DNA of 63,459 nucleotides, filler included, from Hausera hauseri (Eukaryota): NCBI GenBank assembly GCA_046269625.1. It is 11 parts of 11 records of this genome, joined end to end, with 100 filler letters (N's around TTAATTAATTAA, not from the genome) between each part and the next. Parts side by side here need not be neighbours in the genome. Positions count along the whole stretch, not along the records: positions 22,843 to 28,720 come from JBJURY010175528.1; positions 28,821 to 33,048 come from JBJURY010687883.1; positions 33,149 to 37,322 come from JBJURY010720657.1; positions 37,423 to 43,124 come from JBJURY010203525.1; 7 more parts are not named here. One strand, 5' to 3'. Shown piece by piece: positions 27,402 to 37,973 of this stretch (position 1 is its first letter; each line of letters starts with the position of its first letter). The notes under the pieces were generated by a model. It saw only the letters and a program-made list of their open reading frames with translations, ran no database searches and was not told where the DNA came from. The position numbers and the translations under genes were made by a program.

Positions 27402-27960
27402 ATCATCATCAGGTGCCGCACTGGGACGAGTAGGTCCTCATGGATCTCCATCTCTCGCGATTCTTGGTGTCTCCAATCATTTCTACTGTTGACTTATTTC
27501 CGAGCCATTCACGCAAACCATCCTGGCACTTCATTCTCTGCCATCCACTGCTTCTATTTCCTGGCATTTTGCTTGTGGTGGCTAAGTTCACCAGACCTTC
27601 TCTTCTTAAAATATGGCCAATCATAGCTGTTTCTTTCTTTCCGATCTTACTGAGAAGCGTTCTTTCTGTGTTTGCTTTATGTCAAACGTCTTTATTCGTT
27701 CTCTTTGCTTTCTGAGGGATTTTCAACATCCTCCTGAAAAACCACTTCTCTGTTGCTTTTAAAGAATGTTCCCATTTTTTCCTCAATGTCCAAGATTCGC
27801 AGCCATACATTCATATGGGTTTGATATAACACTGCAGGCCTCTCTGTCTCAACTGTTATGACAGTTCTGTCGTACAAAATATGCTTTTCACTTTCTAGAA
27901 TGCTCTTTTTGCTTGTTCGATTCTACTTTTGATTTCCGTATCGTCATCCTGAGTTACGAA
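27402..27960 (-). mobile_element. RTE-clade LINE 3' end fragment
   Basis: EIKSRIEQAK, GHILRREG, G.RS.G.QRMK, RERWR; (GAT)n tail at 27402-27410. Confidence 0.85.
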
Positions 27961-27989
27961 AGTCGTATTTGTCGTTACATTGCACAGAA

Positions 27990-28720
27990 AATGGTGTAAG
28001 TGCTCATTATGCAGAAGTGGACTTACCCATATCCTGTGAAAAAAATCTACAAAAGAGGACATCCAAAATGCAGTTCAGCAAATAAAGAACCATACGGCAA
28101 CAGGACCTGACAAGATCCCAGCTGAAGCACTTAAGGCAGATACGAGTATTACAGTACATATATTATACCCCCTCTTTATGAAGATTTGGGAAGAAGAGCA
28201 AGTCCTCTCGAAATGGAAAGAAGGACATCTTATTACATTTCCAAAGGAGAACTAGGAGATTGTGCAAACTATAGAGGAATCACCCAGCTGTCTATATCAG
28301 GAATGAATGAATGAAATCTTTATTTAACAAGGGTTGAGAAATAGGCAGTATTGCATTTTTGCCCTGAGGGCAGATTTTCCTAGCATTTTTCCTGGACAAC
28401 GGCCGTTAGGCCAACTCATTTTAGATTTCCAATAATCCTGAAAGAATAAGAGACGCGGTTGATACACAACTCCGAAATCGACAAGCTGGCTTCCGTAAAG
28501 AGAGATCCTGAATAGACCTGATCGCAACATTGCGCATTATTGTAGAACAGTCTATAGAATGTAATTCCCCCTTATATGTTAACTTCATTGATTACGAAAA
28601 AAGCTTATAACAGTGTAGATAGGGAAACACTTGAAACTACTTCGACCCTATGAAGTACCAAATGAAATAGTCGCTATAAAAAAAATACGTATGATGATAT
28701 GAGCTGCAAAGTGATAAATG
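27990..28720 (+). mobile_element. RTE-clade LINE RT fragment interrupted by a SINE tail
   Basis: ATGPDKIPAEALK, IWEEE, CANYRGI, QAGFRK, FIDYEKA. Confidence 0.88.
28301..28433 (-). mobile_element. 5'-truncated copy of the SINE at 4971
   Basis: Aligns with 4985-5113; AATAAA plus (TTCA)n tail. Confidence 0.7.
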
Positions 28721-28820
28721 NNNNNNNNNNNNNNNNNNNNNNNNNNNNNNNNNNNNNNNNNNNNTTAATTAATTAANNNNNNNNNNNNNNNNNNNNNNNN
28801 NNNNNNNNNNNNNNNNNNNN

Positions 28821-29376
28821 TTGATGGAAATGAAGCCACGTCTTACTAGAGTTTTCCTTATCGAGAAAGTAGTCAGTGCAGTGAGGAGTGTTGGGAGAGT
28901 TTTTATGAAGATGTGCAGCGGTTGAAGAGAGTGGGGGGTTTGGTTTAGAACAATATAGGATAGGTATGGATTTTTTAGTGGTAGTTGTATCCGTAGTATC
29001 GATAGTTGATGGGGAATTCATTCCACCACGGATACGTAGCTGTATGTCGAAGCGAGTTTGATTGGGAAAAGAGAAAATCTCGTGAAGGTGGATGATAGCG
29101 CCGTGACAAGTAAGAAAGAAATCGGCAAACCCAAGGAAAGAAGAGATGTAGGTGTGAAGAGTGGAAGTGTGTAGATGTTCTGTGTGAGCCGTATGTATGT
29201 GTATTGTTGTAAAAAAAGGAAAAGGGAAGAGTAGTGGTGTGCCTAGGGGCGCGACCTGGGGACGACATCAAGGGTGCCCCCGACCGACCGGTGCACGGTT
29301 GGCGACCGGGATCTCTGCCCCGGCAGGGCGGACACCAAAATACGGGGTGCCCGAATTCTCCACCTGAGGTGTGTCA
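28821..29376 (-). mobile_element. 5' end of CsRn1-like gypsy element (LTR, leader, gag start)
   Basis: CTDYFLDKENSSKTWLHFH matches the gag N-terminus at ~1575 and 54509-54775. Confidence 0.8.
29268..29376 (-). repeat. Putative 109-bp 5' LTR (family B)
   Basis: GC-rich hairpin-rich block starting TG, directly upstream of PBS-like TGTCGTCCCCAG and the gag leader; ends GA rather than CA. Confidence 0.55.
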
Positions 29377-29549
29377 GCGTAATTCGTTATAACACTGAAG
29401 TGCTTTGGATTTAGAGTTAAAATTTCTGCGATTATCAGCACTATATTGAAGAGGAATTATTATTCGAAAATAATGATTGCATAGAGAGTAATCCATTAAA
29501 TCATACCAGCTATTGTAAAAATCGCCTGTTCCTGCAACATCCTTGGAGC

Positions 29550-30192
29550 AGAAGAAACTATGTGCATGAATCGGTTCCATCGACGTCTGATGAAGAACGA
29601 GCAACTGAAACGATTGGATGTCCCGTATTTTTCTTATCGCCGTGTGTTTCACGTAATCCGGACTCGGATGGGTACTTTTCGATAATTTCCCATTCGTTAA
29701 GACTGACGGGTGAATAGGGCGAAATAAACCATCATTGAATGTATCAAATAGAACTGTGATTAAACCGATTGTGTCGGTTTCCTTCTGAATTGCCACACGT
29801 CGCGGACTCTCGACGTGCAATTTCTGTATTTTATCGATACTACCGAATATGACGTTGGGCTCGCTGACGAATATGAGACAGTTTCTGTAAATACTGCTGT
29901 TCAATGGACACACTGCCGATACCTCGTTTTTCAAATTAGTACTGTTGAATAACAGTCGTCCGTCGCTACAATGGATGATACTCAGATGACTGGAACAGAC
30001 GAATACACGCAATCCGTGTGATTGATTGAGTGACATCAACAATGACAATCGCATGTACCGGCCAGCACCGATGGTGACTCGTCGTTGTTCCGTCAGCGCG
30101 GCATCCAGCTTTTGATGTGTCAATGTCAATAGGTCAATGTGGAAACGGACGAGATCGCCACCGTGACTTCGTGTCATTACTCGCTCCTGCAA
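29550..30192 (-). pseudogene. DDB1: DDB1 fragment
   Basis: VFVCS..LLFNSTNLKNEVSAVCPLNS..IFGSIDKIQKLH..ESPRRV..HAHSF; small internal deletion, no introns. Confidence 0.85.
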
Positions 30193-30199
30193 AACTCTC

Positions 30200-31700
30200 C
30201 GTCAAATGCGCAACTTGAAGTGTTTTATTGACAATAACTCGAGTTTCATCAAGGGTTGGCCTAGTGATTATATTCGGTATGTGTAACACGAGATCAGCTT
30301 TAAAGAGTGCTGGACGTTTATCTTTTTCGATTGAGTCCAAAATAAATTTATTTGATGATTGTAAACGACATTTCAGAGTATCCAAGGTCAGTCTAGTACT
30401 CTTGATCAGTTTTTCCGTGTTTTTTTGAGTAAAGTAATTCAGCATTGCGTAATACATACACGTTTGACATTCTTGATACCTTGTTTTCTTTGGATCGGGT
30501 TGTAGACATTCGTAACCTTCTTGTGCAATCAGATGTCGTATCTCCTTTTCTTTAAGATTCATATTTATCATATTGATTATGTCATTTACGGCAATTTCTA
30601 CTAACTTGCTTTGTTTGGCTAAATAGTCAGATGCTTCATCAACGGTTTTCTCTGTCACTGCAAGAAACTCAGTAACCTGTACTGGTTCAGCTTCACGCAG
30701 ATCACAGAGGGCTATGACTGCCATGTCGTCAAGAACAGCTTCAATTCGGACATAAAGAATATCGGAGATTTTTTTAATCGGTAATTTGAATGTTTTTAAC
30801 GCTTCTTCAACAGTATTTATGTAATCCAGTACTTTTATGGATGTCCACGTGAGGGATATTAGGATTGGAGATATTGTGTCGGATAGTCTTGTGACATAAG
30901 GTTTCATGAATGGAAAGATAGCAGTTGGTATTGATTCTATCGTTTCTTCATAGTCGTTTAAGATTTCTTTGAGGCCTCTGTATGTCTTTTATTACATTTT
31001 CATTAAACACCAATCGATTTGCAAATTCGGGTATTTCCAAATTCAAACTCCGCAAATATTTCGATTCCTGAATCAACTCTATAATGACTGCATCGAAATT
31101 CACCAAAATTTTTTGACTTTCCTTTTCACGATTCGGATTTCAAACAAATGTACTCGAATCCAAACGAGTTTTGAAAATTTTGACAGATTTTAACCAACTT
31201 CGATAGTAGATGAGCTCAAATTCGAACAAAACCTGTGCCATTTTGTTGTAGTTTCTGATGAGTTTTATTGCATCGGGCGTGGTCAATATTTTTGCTGTAA
31301 GTTCTTTAAATAACAACATCGGTGCTTCCGTCTTTTTAAACAGGTTTCTTGACCAGGATGTTTTCCCTGCAATTGGCGGTAGATTTCGCCTTGTCGGTGG
31401 GTCATTTTTCAATTTCTGATATAGCCTCCGAACATTTTCTAACGTTCTGGAATAATTTTGAAGAATTTTATTATACTTGTCCTGGTAATCTAATTTAAGG
31501 CATTCGATCTGTTCGAATTTTTGAAGTAAAGCCAGTTGCTTGTCAACCTATTTGTGTAAATCATTGTAACTATGGTAACATGAAAAATAATGAGTTACCG
31601 GCATTGTTCGCTGAAACCAATTATCTAGAAACGTTTGAATTTGTCCGTCCAAAACATCGAATTGACTCATAAAATCATTAAAGTCACTTTCGAACTGTAA
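30200..31700 (-). pseudogene. Axonemal outer-arm dynein heavy chain (DNAH5/8-like) N-terminal fragment
   Basis: DPPTRRNLPPIAGKTSWSRNL, IRNYNKMAQVLFEFEL, LTWTS; frameshifts, no obvious introns. Confidence 0.85.
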
Positions 31701-32088
31701 AAATAAATGAAAATTCAGACGCGAATTTAGCAGATAGATGTGGGCACACCAGATCAGACCCCCCAGGGAAGGAGAAAAGAAGTGGTTCGCAAATGAGTCA
31801 TTGGGTAAAAAAATGATACTCGCACGGTAAATATGGTGGCCATAGGAGACACACAGTCATTAAAGCGATACACACAAGCACGCGTACTGTATGGATTTGG
31901 AGTGGTTTAAAAAATTTGAATTTTGCTCGAAAAATATTTGTTTTAATTTTGATTTTTGGTGTAATGTGATTTGTCGGTCTGTTAAAATTTTGTCACTGAA
32001 CAAAACATTTTCTGATCTAATCGTGGTTTCACTATTCCCATCCTACTTTCTTTAAATTTCTATAAATACCGCTGTGTAAGTGTCACTT

Positions 32089-32361
32089 ATGAAAATGTCT
32101 CAACCAGATATATTGGCATTATTCAATATTTTCCCTGCTGTAGAATATTTTAATAATGTTGAAAAGTTGTGCGTACAATTAAAGAACATAAAAAAGAGAA
32201 GAGTGGAGTCAAAGTTTGTATGTGTAGAATGTAAAGGAAATAAGGTAGATACGGTATTCCTAATGTGCGGCCATTTGGTTGTATGTCACATATGTTCAAA
32301 GTTAAGTTATTGTCCGGAGTGTAAATGCGCTATAACTGAAAGTGTACGTATTTACTATTAA
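32089..32361 (+). CDS. Small protein with C-terminal IAP-type C3HC4 RING finger
   Basis: CVEC..VFLMCGHLVVCHIC..CPECK..I...VRIYY; TATAAATA at 32061, AATAAA overlapping the stop. Confidence 0.85.
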   Translation: MKMSQPDILALFNIFPAVEYFNNVEKLCVQLKNIKKRRVESKFVCVECKGNKVDTVFLMCGHLVVCHICSKLSYCPECKCAITESVRIYY

Positions 32362-32414
32362 TAAAAAGACATACGAAAAACTTTTACTGTTATAACAAAA
32401 TATTTACAATGAAA

Positions 32415-33048
32415 TAGAATAATGTCCATATGCGACACTTTTATTTTCTGGATCCATTGCCTTTTATTATCAAACGAATCCAATGCTTTCTTTTTTGATC
32501 ATATTGTCATATGCTGATGATTTTGGTCCCAATTCGCTCCTGGTCCTCCATAGTCGCCAAACTGGTTTCGTATGCTTGTAAGTATCTGTCGAACTGTAAG
32601 TCAATCTGTTTCAGATTGATACTATTGCATTTGAGGACTGATTTGCTTTGGCTTTTTAGTGCATGTGATTTCGGCCGTAGGAAAATCGCCCCTTGATACT
32701 GAACGCTGCCCTTATTCTCGTCTTTAAATTTCCCAATTATGGCTGTGAAACGAGTCGAGTACAGCGGATCACTCTTGTCATAGTTCGATGTATCTAACTG
32801 TTCGTTTGCTATGATTGCAGGTAATAGTTGCGTTCGCAAGTTAATACCACTGCATTCAAGAAAAAAGCTGTCTGTGTCACCAGCACCAATATTTAACTCG
32901 CAATTAAACTGGTGCCTATACCTCTCCAAGTCGATATAATTCAGCTCATACATCCGTAACTGGGATAGATCAAGTACGGCCTGACCAATGTATGAGGGCC
33001 TGTCTAAGATAACCATGTCTTTATCGAGGAGAACGGAAACAAGATTAT
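32415..33048 (-). pseudogene. polB: Protein-primed PolB C-terminal part
   Basis: IGQAVLDLS, GDTDSFF, IGKFKDE, LRPKSHAL, FDNKR; frameshift near 32510. Confidence 0.9.
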
Positions 33049-33148
33049 NNNNNNNNNNNNNNNNNNNNNNNNNNNNNNNNNNNNNNNNNNNNTTAATTAA
33101 TTAANNNNNNNNNNNNNNNNNNNNNNNNNNNNNNNNNNNNNNNNNNNN

Positions 33149-33279
33149 TTCCCATCTCCGCCATATTAATCGTGCTTCTGTGTATCATTTTTTCTACCCC
33201 TATGACTCATTCCGAACCACATCTTTTCCTTCCTTCCCGGGGGAGGGGGATTGCGCCAGTGTCCTCACTTCTAACTACT
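33149..33279 (-). repeat. Polinton TIR terminus
   Basis: Minus strand AGTAGTTAGAAGTGAG...GGTTCGGAATGAGTCATAGGGG; homologous to 7430-7559. Confidence 0.8.
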
Positions 33280-33283
33280 ATCA

Positions 33284-33479
33284 TGTAACTGAGAAGCTCC
33301 TTTTTGCTTCGATAACTGCTGTGTGGCATGTCGCGATACAAAACTTTTAACGTCTGTAAACACTATTGGATACTTGAATAATTCAAATCGGCATTGAATT
33401 TCTCTATCACAGAAAAAGCTGAGGAAAGTGCATGAAACAGGGCAATCGTTTTAACAATTTGCACAATTGTTGTATTACA
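33284..33479 (+). repeat. Putative 196-bp 5' LTR
   Basis: TGTAA...TTACA inverted ends directly upstream of gag; no second copy available and no clear PBS. Confidence 0.45.
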
Positions 33480-33496
33480 TAGATTCTGCTGGCTAA

Positions 33497-34585
33497 TGTC
33501 TTCAGATGAATCTCATGCGTTCTCACCTGAAATTATACAATGAACATATGTCATTAAACTATAAGTCTTTTAGAGGACAATAATGTTGCAATTTATTTGG
33601 TTCTGATATTTCGATCTTTCTAAGATTTTTTTCAGAATATGGGCTTTTTGGATTTATGTTTGCATATGAGTTCATTTTTGCCTATACACAAATAAAGGAT
33701 GAAGAGGATAAAGCAGATTGGGATAGCCTTAAGGACGCCCTCGTGGAAATACTTTTAGTAGACCCATCAGGAAAAGGTCGAATAGGAGAGTTTAACAGGC
33801 GACGTCAAAGGAAAGGCGAAACGGTGCAAGAGTTTGCATGTGCACTTCAGAAATTGACTCAGAAAGCTTATGCAGATGCTGATATAAGGGAAGATGTCCT
33901 CTGAGCTCAATTTTGTTATACAGTTAACAAGGAAATTTAGAATTACATTATCGATGAGGATCCGGATACATACAAAGAAGCCGTCAGCAAGGCAAGGAAG
34001 ATCGAAGTCAATTATGAGAGACTTGGGAACACCAAGAAACATGCTAAAAATGATGACAAGAAGCCGAAAATTTTTCAACAAAAGAAAAAATTTCAGCAGA
34101 AACCTTTTCAAAAATTCCGAAACCAACCGGAACAACAGCAGAAAAAAGTTTCCTGGCAAAACCAGCCCCAGAAATTTGAAATGAAAAAGCCTCCGGTCAA
34201 TCAAAATTGGCAGCCATTTTGTTTTTCATGTCAGAAATATGGAAATATGGCTCGCTCCTGCCCTAATCAAGGGCAATCAAATCAAAAGAAGAAGAATGTT
34301 TAAATGATTGGAAACATATCTGATACAGACAAAGAGCACGTAACTATGGATACGGAACCCGAGGAAACAATTGAAAAGTTGCAACAGAAGATTAGACCTA
34401 AATTAAAAAAGAGTAAGACTAATACAATTGAAGAAGATAAGATAGCTGAGCTAAAACAGCTATACCTTGAATTGAAGGGGCAACAAATTTGTGAGAGAAG
34501 ACAAAATATGAATGAGGAAAGTTCAATCATTGCTCCTGTTGGTGGCAGGCATAAAAAACTCTTACATCAGAATCAGATACTGTAA
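33497..34585 (+). pseudogene. gag: Ty3/gypsy-type gag with zinc knuckle
   Basis: W.SLK.AL, RRQRKGETVQEFACALQKL..KAY, P.TYKEAV..A..IE, CFSCQKYGNMARSC (34220-34261); in-frame stops. Confidence 0.85.
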
Positions 34586-35709
34586 AGAAAATGGTCAAAA
34601 ACAGGGATAAACCTTTGATACAAGAAGAATTGAATACCCCGGAATTTAATCTACCTTCTGGAAGTGAAATTGAAAAAAGTTAATCCAGCAAAAAAAGTGA
34701 ACCTAATGAAAAGATAAAAAGAATAAGAAAAAAGAAAATAAAAGAAAAACCGTCTGACTATGAATTTTCATCTGTGGATTTAGACCAGGATGGCGTAGAG
34801 ATAGTCCCGAAAATATCCAGCTATGCCAACCAAGAATTAATTGATGGTTCTCAGTTTAGACAAGACCTTTCTATGTTATTGTCACCGACAATTAGCCATC
34901 AACAATTTGCTAATTTATTATACTTGCTGTTGATGTATGCTGCTGGCACTTTGTCCATATCAGAATATCGTACGATACATAATTTACCTGTATGCGGATA
35001 GAGTGAGAACAGTTGGAGAAAATCCTAAAGTAATTGTTACTGTCCAACAGTATAACCAGGACTTTCATGCTTTAAGAATGACGTAGTTGGATACCATAAC
35101 AACATTAAAATACAGAGTCAATTAAATAAGCTAATCTCAAGGAGAATTAGAGCTACGCTTTTACGGACGAACCTTGATGGATTATGAAACTTTATATGAA
35201 GTAGGTATCAGGGAAAATAGATACAATCCAGTGTGTATCATTTACAGACAAACCGAACAGGAAGTAATTAACGAAACTGTCACTGATATTAGGCGAAAAG
35301 AAATACAGGAGGCTGAAAGTCAATATCAGGCTCAACCAGTAGAAGCTTGAATAAATATGTCTATATCACAGCAAATATAAACGGATAAAAGGAACCGCGG
35401 AAAATTAAGAGGAACAACGAAATTGTATTAGCTAAAAGGTAGAAAGGCCAAAGATAACAAAGTTGTCCGAAGATTGCTAACAACAGAAGTTGAATACGAT
35501 ATAGACAATGTATCATTAATGACATTGTGACAAACATTGTTAGCAAGAATGCATAATGCATTCGTTGAGTTTAATACCAATCTACAAATACCGAATTCAT
35601 TGATGCAAAGCATTAGGAATGAAATTGCAAATATTAGCGAACAGTTTGCAGACATCCCCACTGATTAAAGAATAAACAAAATTCAGTAGAGAGATATATT
35701 TTATCAAGA

Positions 35710-37322
35710 ATGATGGGAACTGGTATATCCCGAAGTAAAATTATAACAGCTATGTTCTATCTCTTGTACAAAATAATGGTAATAAATGAGGTAAACCCAA
35801 ATCAAGAAGAAATAGAAAGAAACATAGAAATTTCTACAAGGGCGTTAAAGGCCAATGTTGAGGGATGGGTAAAATGTAGAGGCGAATGGATCTCTAGCTT
35901 GATTCATACAGCAATACACGAATCGGTCTCATCTGCACCACAACAAATAGAACATCGCCCATCTGAACAATCAGAGAGACAACGAAAGGTACAACCAGAC
36001 CTTGACTTATCATGGTTAACTAAAGTTATATCCATACTCCTTTTGTTTAGCCTTATGCCAAAAGCACTTTCAATCATTGCATACGATTGTAGCCAAGCTA
36101 AAGAAGGACCGATATATTCCTTGTTAGATTTAGAGAAATGTACATATGCTAACCCAGCCTTATTAACTATAAAAACAGGTAAGGAATATTACGTTTATCA
36201 AGAGTCACAGTTTGTAAAGACGAAAGTGAAAGAGTGTTTTGTTCAAAAAAATCATTTCCATTTTATTTGCGGATATTGATATCGAAACTCAGCTGTAGTA
36301 GAACCAACTACTCCGTTCGAGCCACTGATCATAAGCAAAAGAATGTGCATGGAGGTCTTTGTAACAAAACAGATTAATATTGGCAATATTCGATTAAAGG
36401 CTCCAAAGGGAAAAAGAATTTTTGTGGCTGGAACGATTGATAAAACAGGATACTGTAAGGGTGAGTCCTACAGTGTCAATGGCGAAATTTTGGATAATAT
36501 AGTAGCCATTGAAGATTATCAAGTTGCGCTAAGAGAATATGGTGCTCTATTCGAACTGTCTTCAAGAAAGATGATGACATTCCCTGAATGCGATTATTAC
36601 AATAAAGAATGTGAGACTGACGAATCAATTATGTCATGTGAAGTTGACAAAGATCAATGTCATTTAGCTTTTCTGCGAAATGGAAAATTCAATAAAACAA
36701 AAGGAAAATATATAAAGAAGAAATATCAAAAAGTAGATTAGACCGAGTATCAGACACAGTTGAAACACCAACTATTGTTTATTCAGCAGATCCAAGTGAA
36801 TGAATGAGATTTAAAATAGAAGGCGATACGAAGAGGTGTAACAAAATAGTATTTCGTACAAATTATAAAGGTGTATTTTTATCTACGACTAAGATAACTG
36901 AAGCAAAACGAAACATAGATAAATCGGAAGTTAAACCACATTTGCATTTTGACAATAAGATTGATTTCATTTATCATTTCCAGCAAGATAATATCTATGC
37001 TATGTACCGAGAAATAATATTAAATGATTGTAAATTGAATAGGGAAATAATTAGAAATCGGATGTACCTATCAGCTATTACTAATGGAATAATGAAAGAT
37101 CCAGCTGAATCACCCGACGTGGAGGGGAAGTTCGCACGAGCAATGGGCGAAACGCTCGTAACCTTCAAATGTACAAAAGTTGCTGTTAAACTAAGACCAA
37201 TTACCGATTGTACGATGGAATTACCCGTCTGGTACAAGGAAAAACCACGTTTCTTACAACCCATCACACGGATATTATTGGAACCGGAGGAAAAACCATA
37301 TGTACACCAAAATTGTACATAT
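35710..37322 (+). pseudogene. Chuvirus-like (class III fusion) glycoprotein / env
   Basis: Hydrophobic signal then IIAYDC..YSLLDLEKC, EC..FICG, G.C.G..Y, CDY...EC, CKLNREI, ARAMGE..FKC..V.VKLR..CTMELPV..FLQPITRIL; stops and one frameshift; cut by contig end. Confidence 0.8.
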
Positions 37323-37422
37323 NNNNNNNNNNNNNNNNNNNNNNNNNNNNNNNNNNNNNNNNNNNNTTAATTAATTAANNNNNNNNNNNNNNNNNNNNNN
37401 NNNNNNNNNNNNNNNNNNNNNN

Positions 37423-37623
37423 GATTCGATCAATACTGCACTGTGCAGCGATCGATTTGTGAAATGTGCAAAAGTGCCCTTAGCAACGGTGCCTAACGGC
37501 ACCGTTGCCAGGCACTTTATGGATCGATAGTGCTCCGGATGCACTATCGATCGGCACATGTGCAATATCGATTTATCGATTAATCCCCCCGGGGTCTGTG
37601 CCCGAATGCTCATTTTTACCCTA
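37423..37623 (-). repeat. ATCGAT/GTGCA-rich repeat, inverted partner of 42356-42525
   Basis: Shared PEHYRS.KCLATVP...FTNRSLHSA block on opposite strands; ends CCCTA. Confidence 0.8.
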
Positions 37624-37867
37624 TTAATTGGGATCGAAGTTCATTGAAGCAGGTTGCACATAAGTTATGGTTGCACTGGAATTGGACCACAGTTATACGA
37701 TTAGTAAGGCTTATAGTGACGACATCGATGAAACTGAGGTTTTCTGGGTTTGATTGTTAAGGTCGCGTCGTTCACAGGGTTACTCCAATGGCATAGTCGT
37801 TGGATGCGGTTGTCGTAGGTGTAGGAAAGTTGTAAGAAACTGATGGTTGATGGCAGTATGGACATTA

Positions 37868-37973
37868 TGTGGTGCCAACAGTGGCCGGTGCCCTTTGGCC
37901 CATTTGGTCGGGCGCAGCCGGGCGTCCGCTGCCGCCGCGTCAGACCCATAGTTGGGCCCGATCTTCCGTCTCA
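37868..37973 (+). repeat. Orphan 106-bp LTR (family A)
   Basis: Homologous to 10466-10567; TG...CA; no PPT, PBS or matching TSD. Confidence 0.8.

Larger units (their letters stand above)
31729..33048. mobile_element. Polinton end: TIR, RING gene, PolB C-terminus
   Basis: AGCAGATAGATGTG terminus, conserved TIR blocks, PolB homologous to 20325-20860. Confidence 0.88.
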
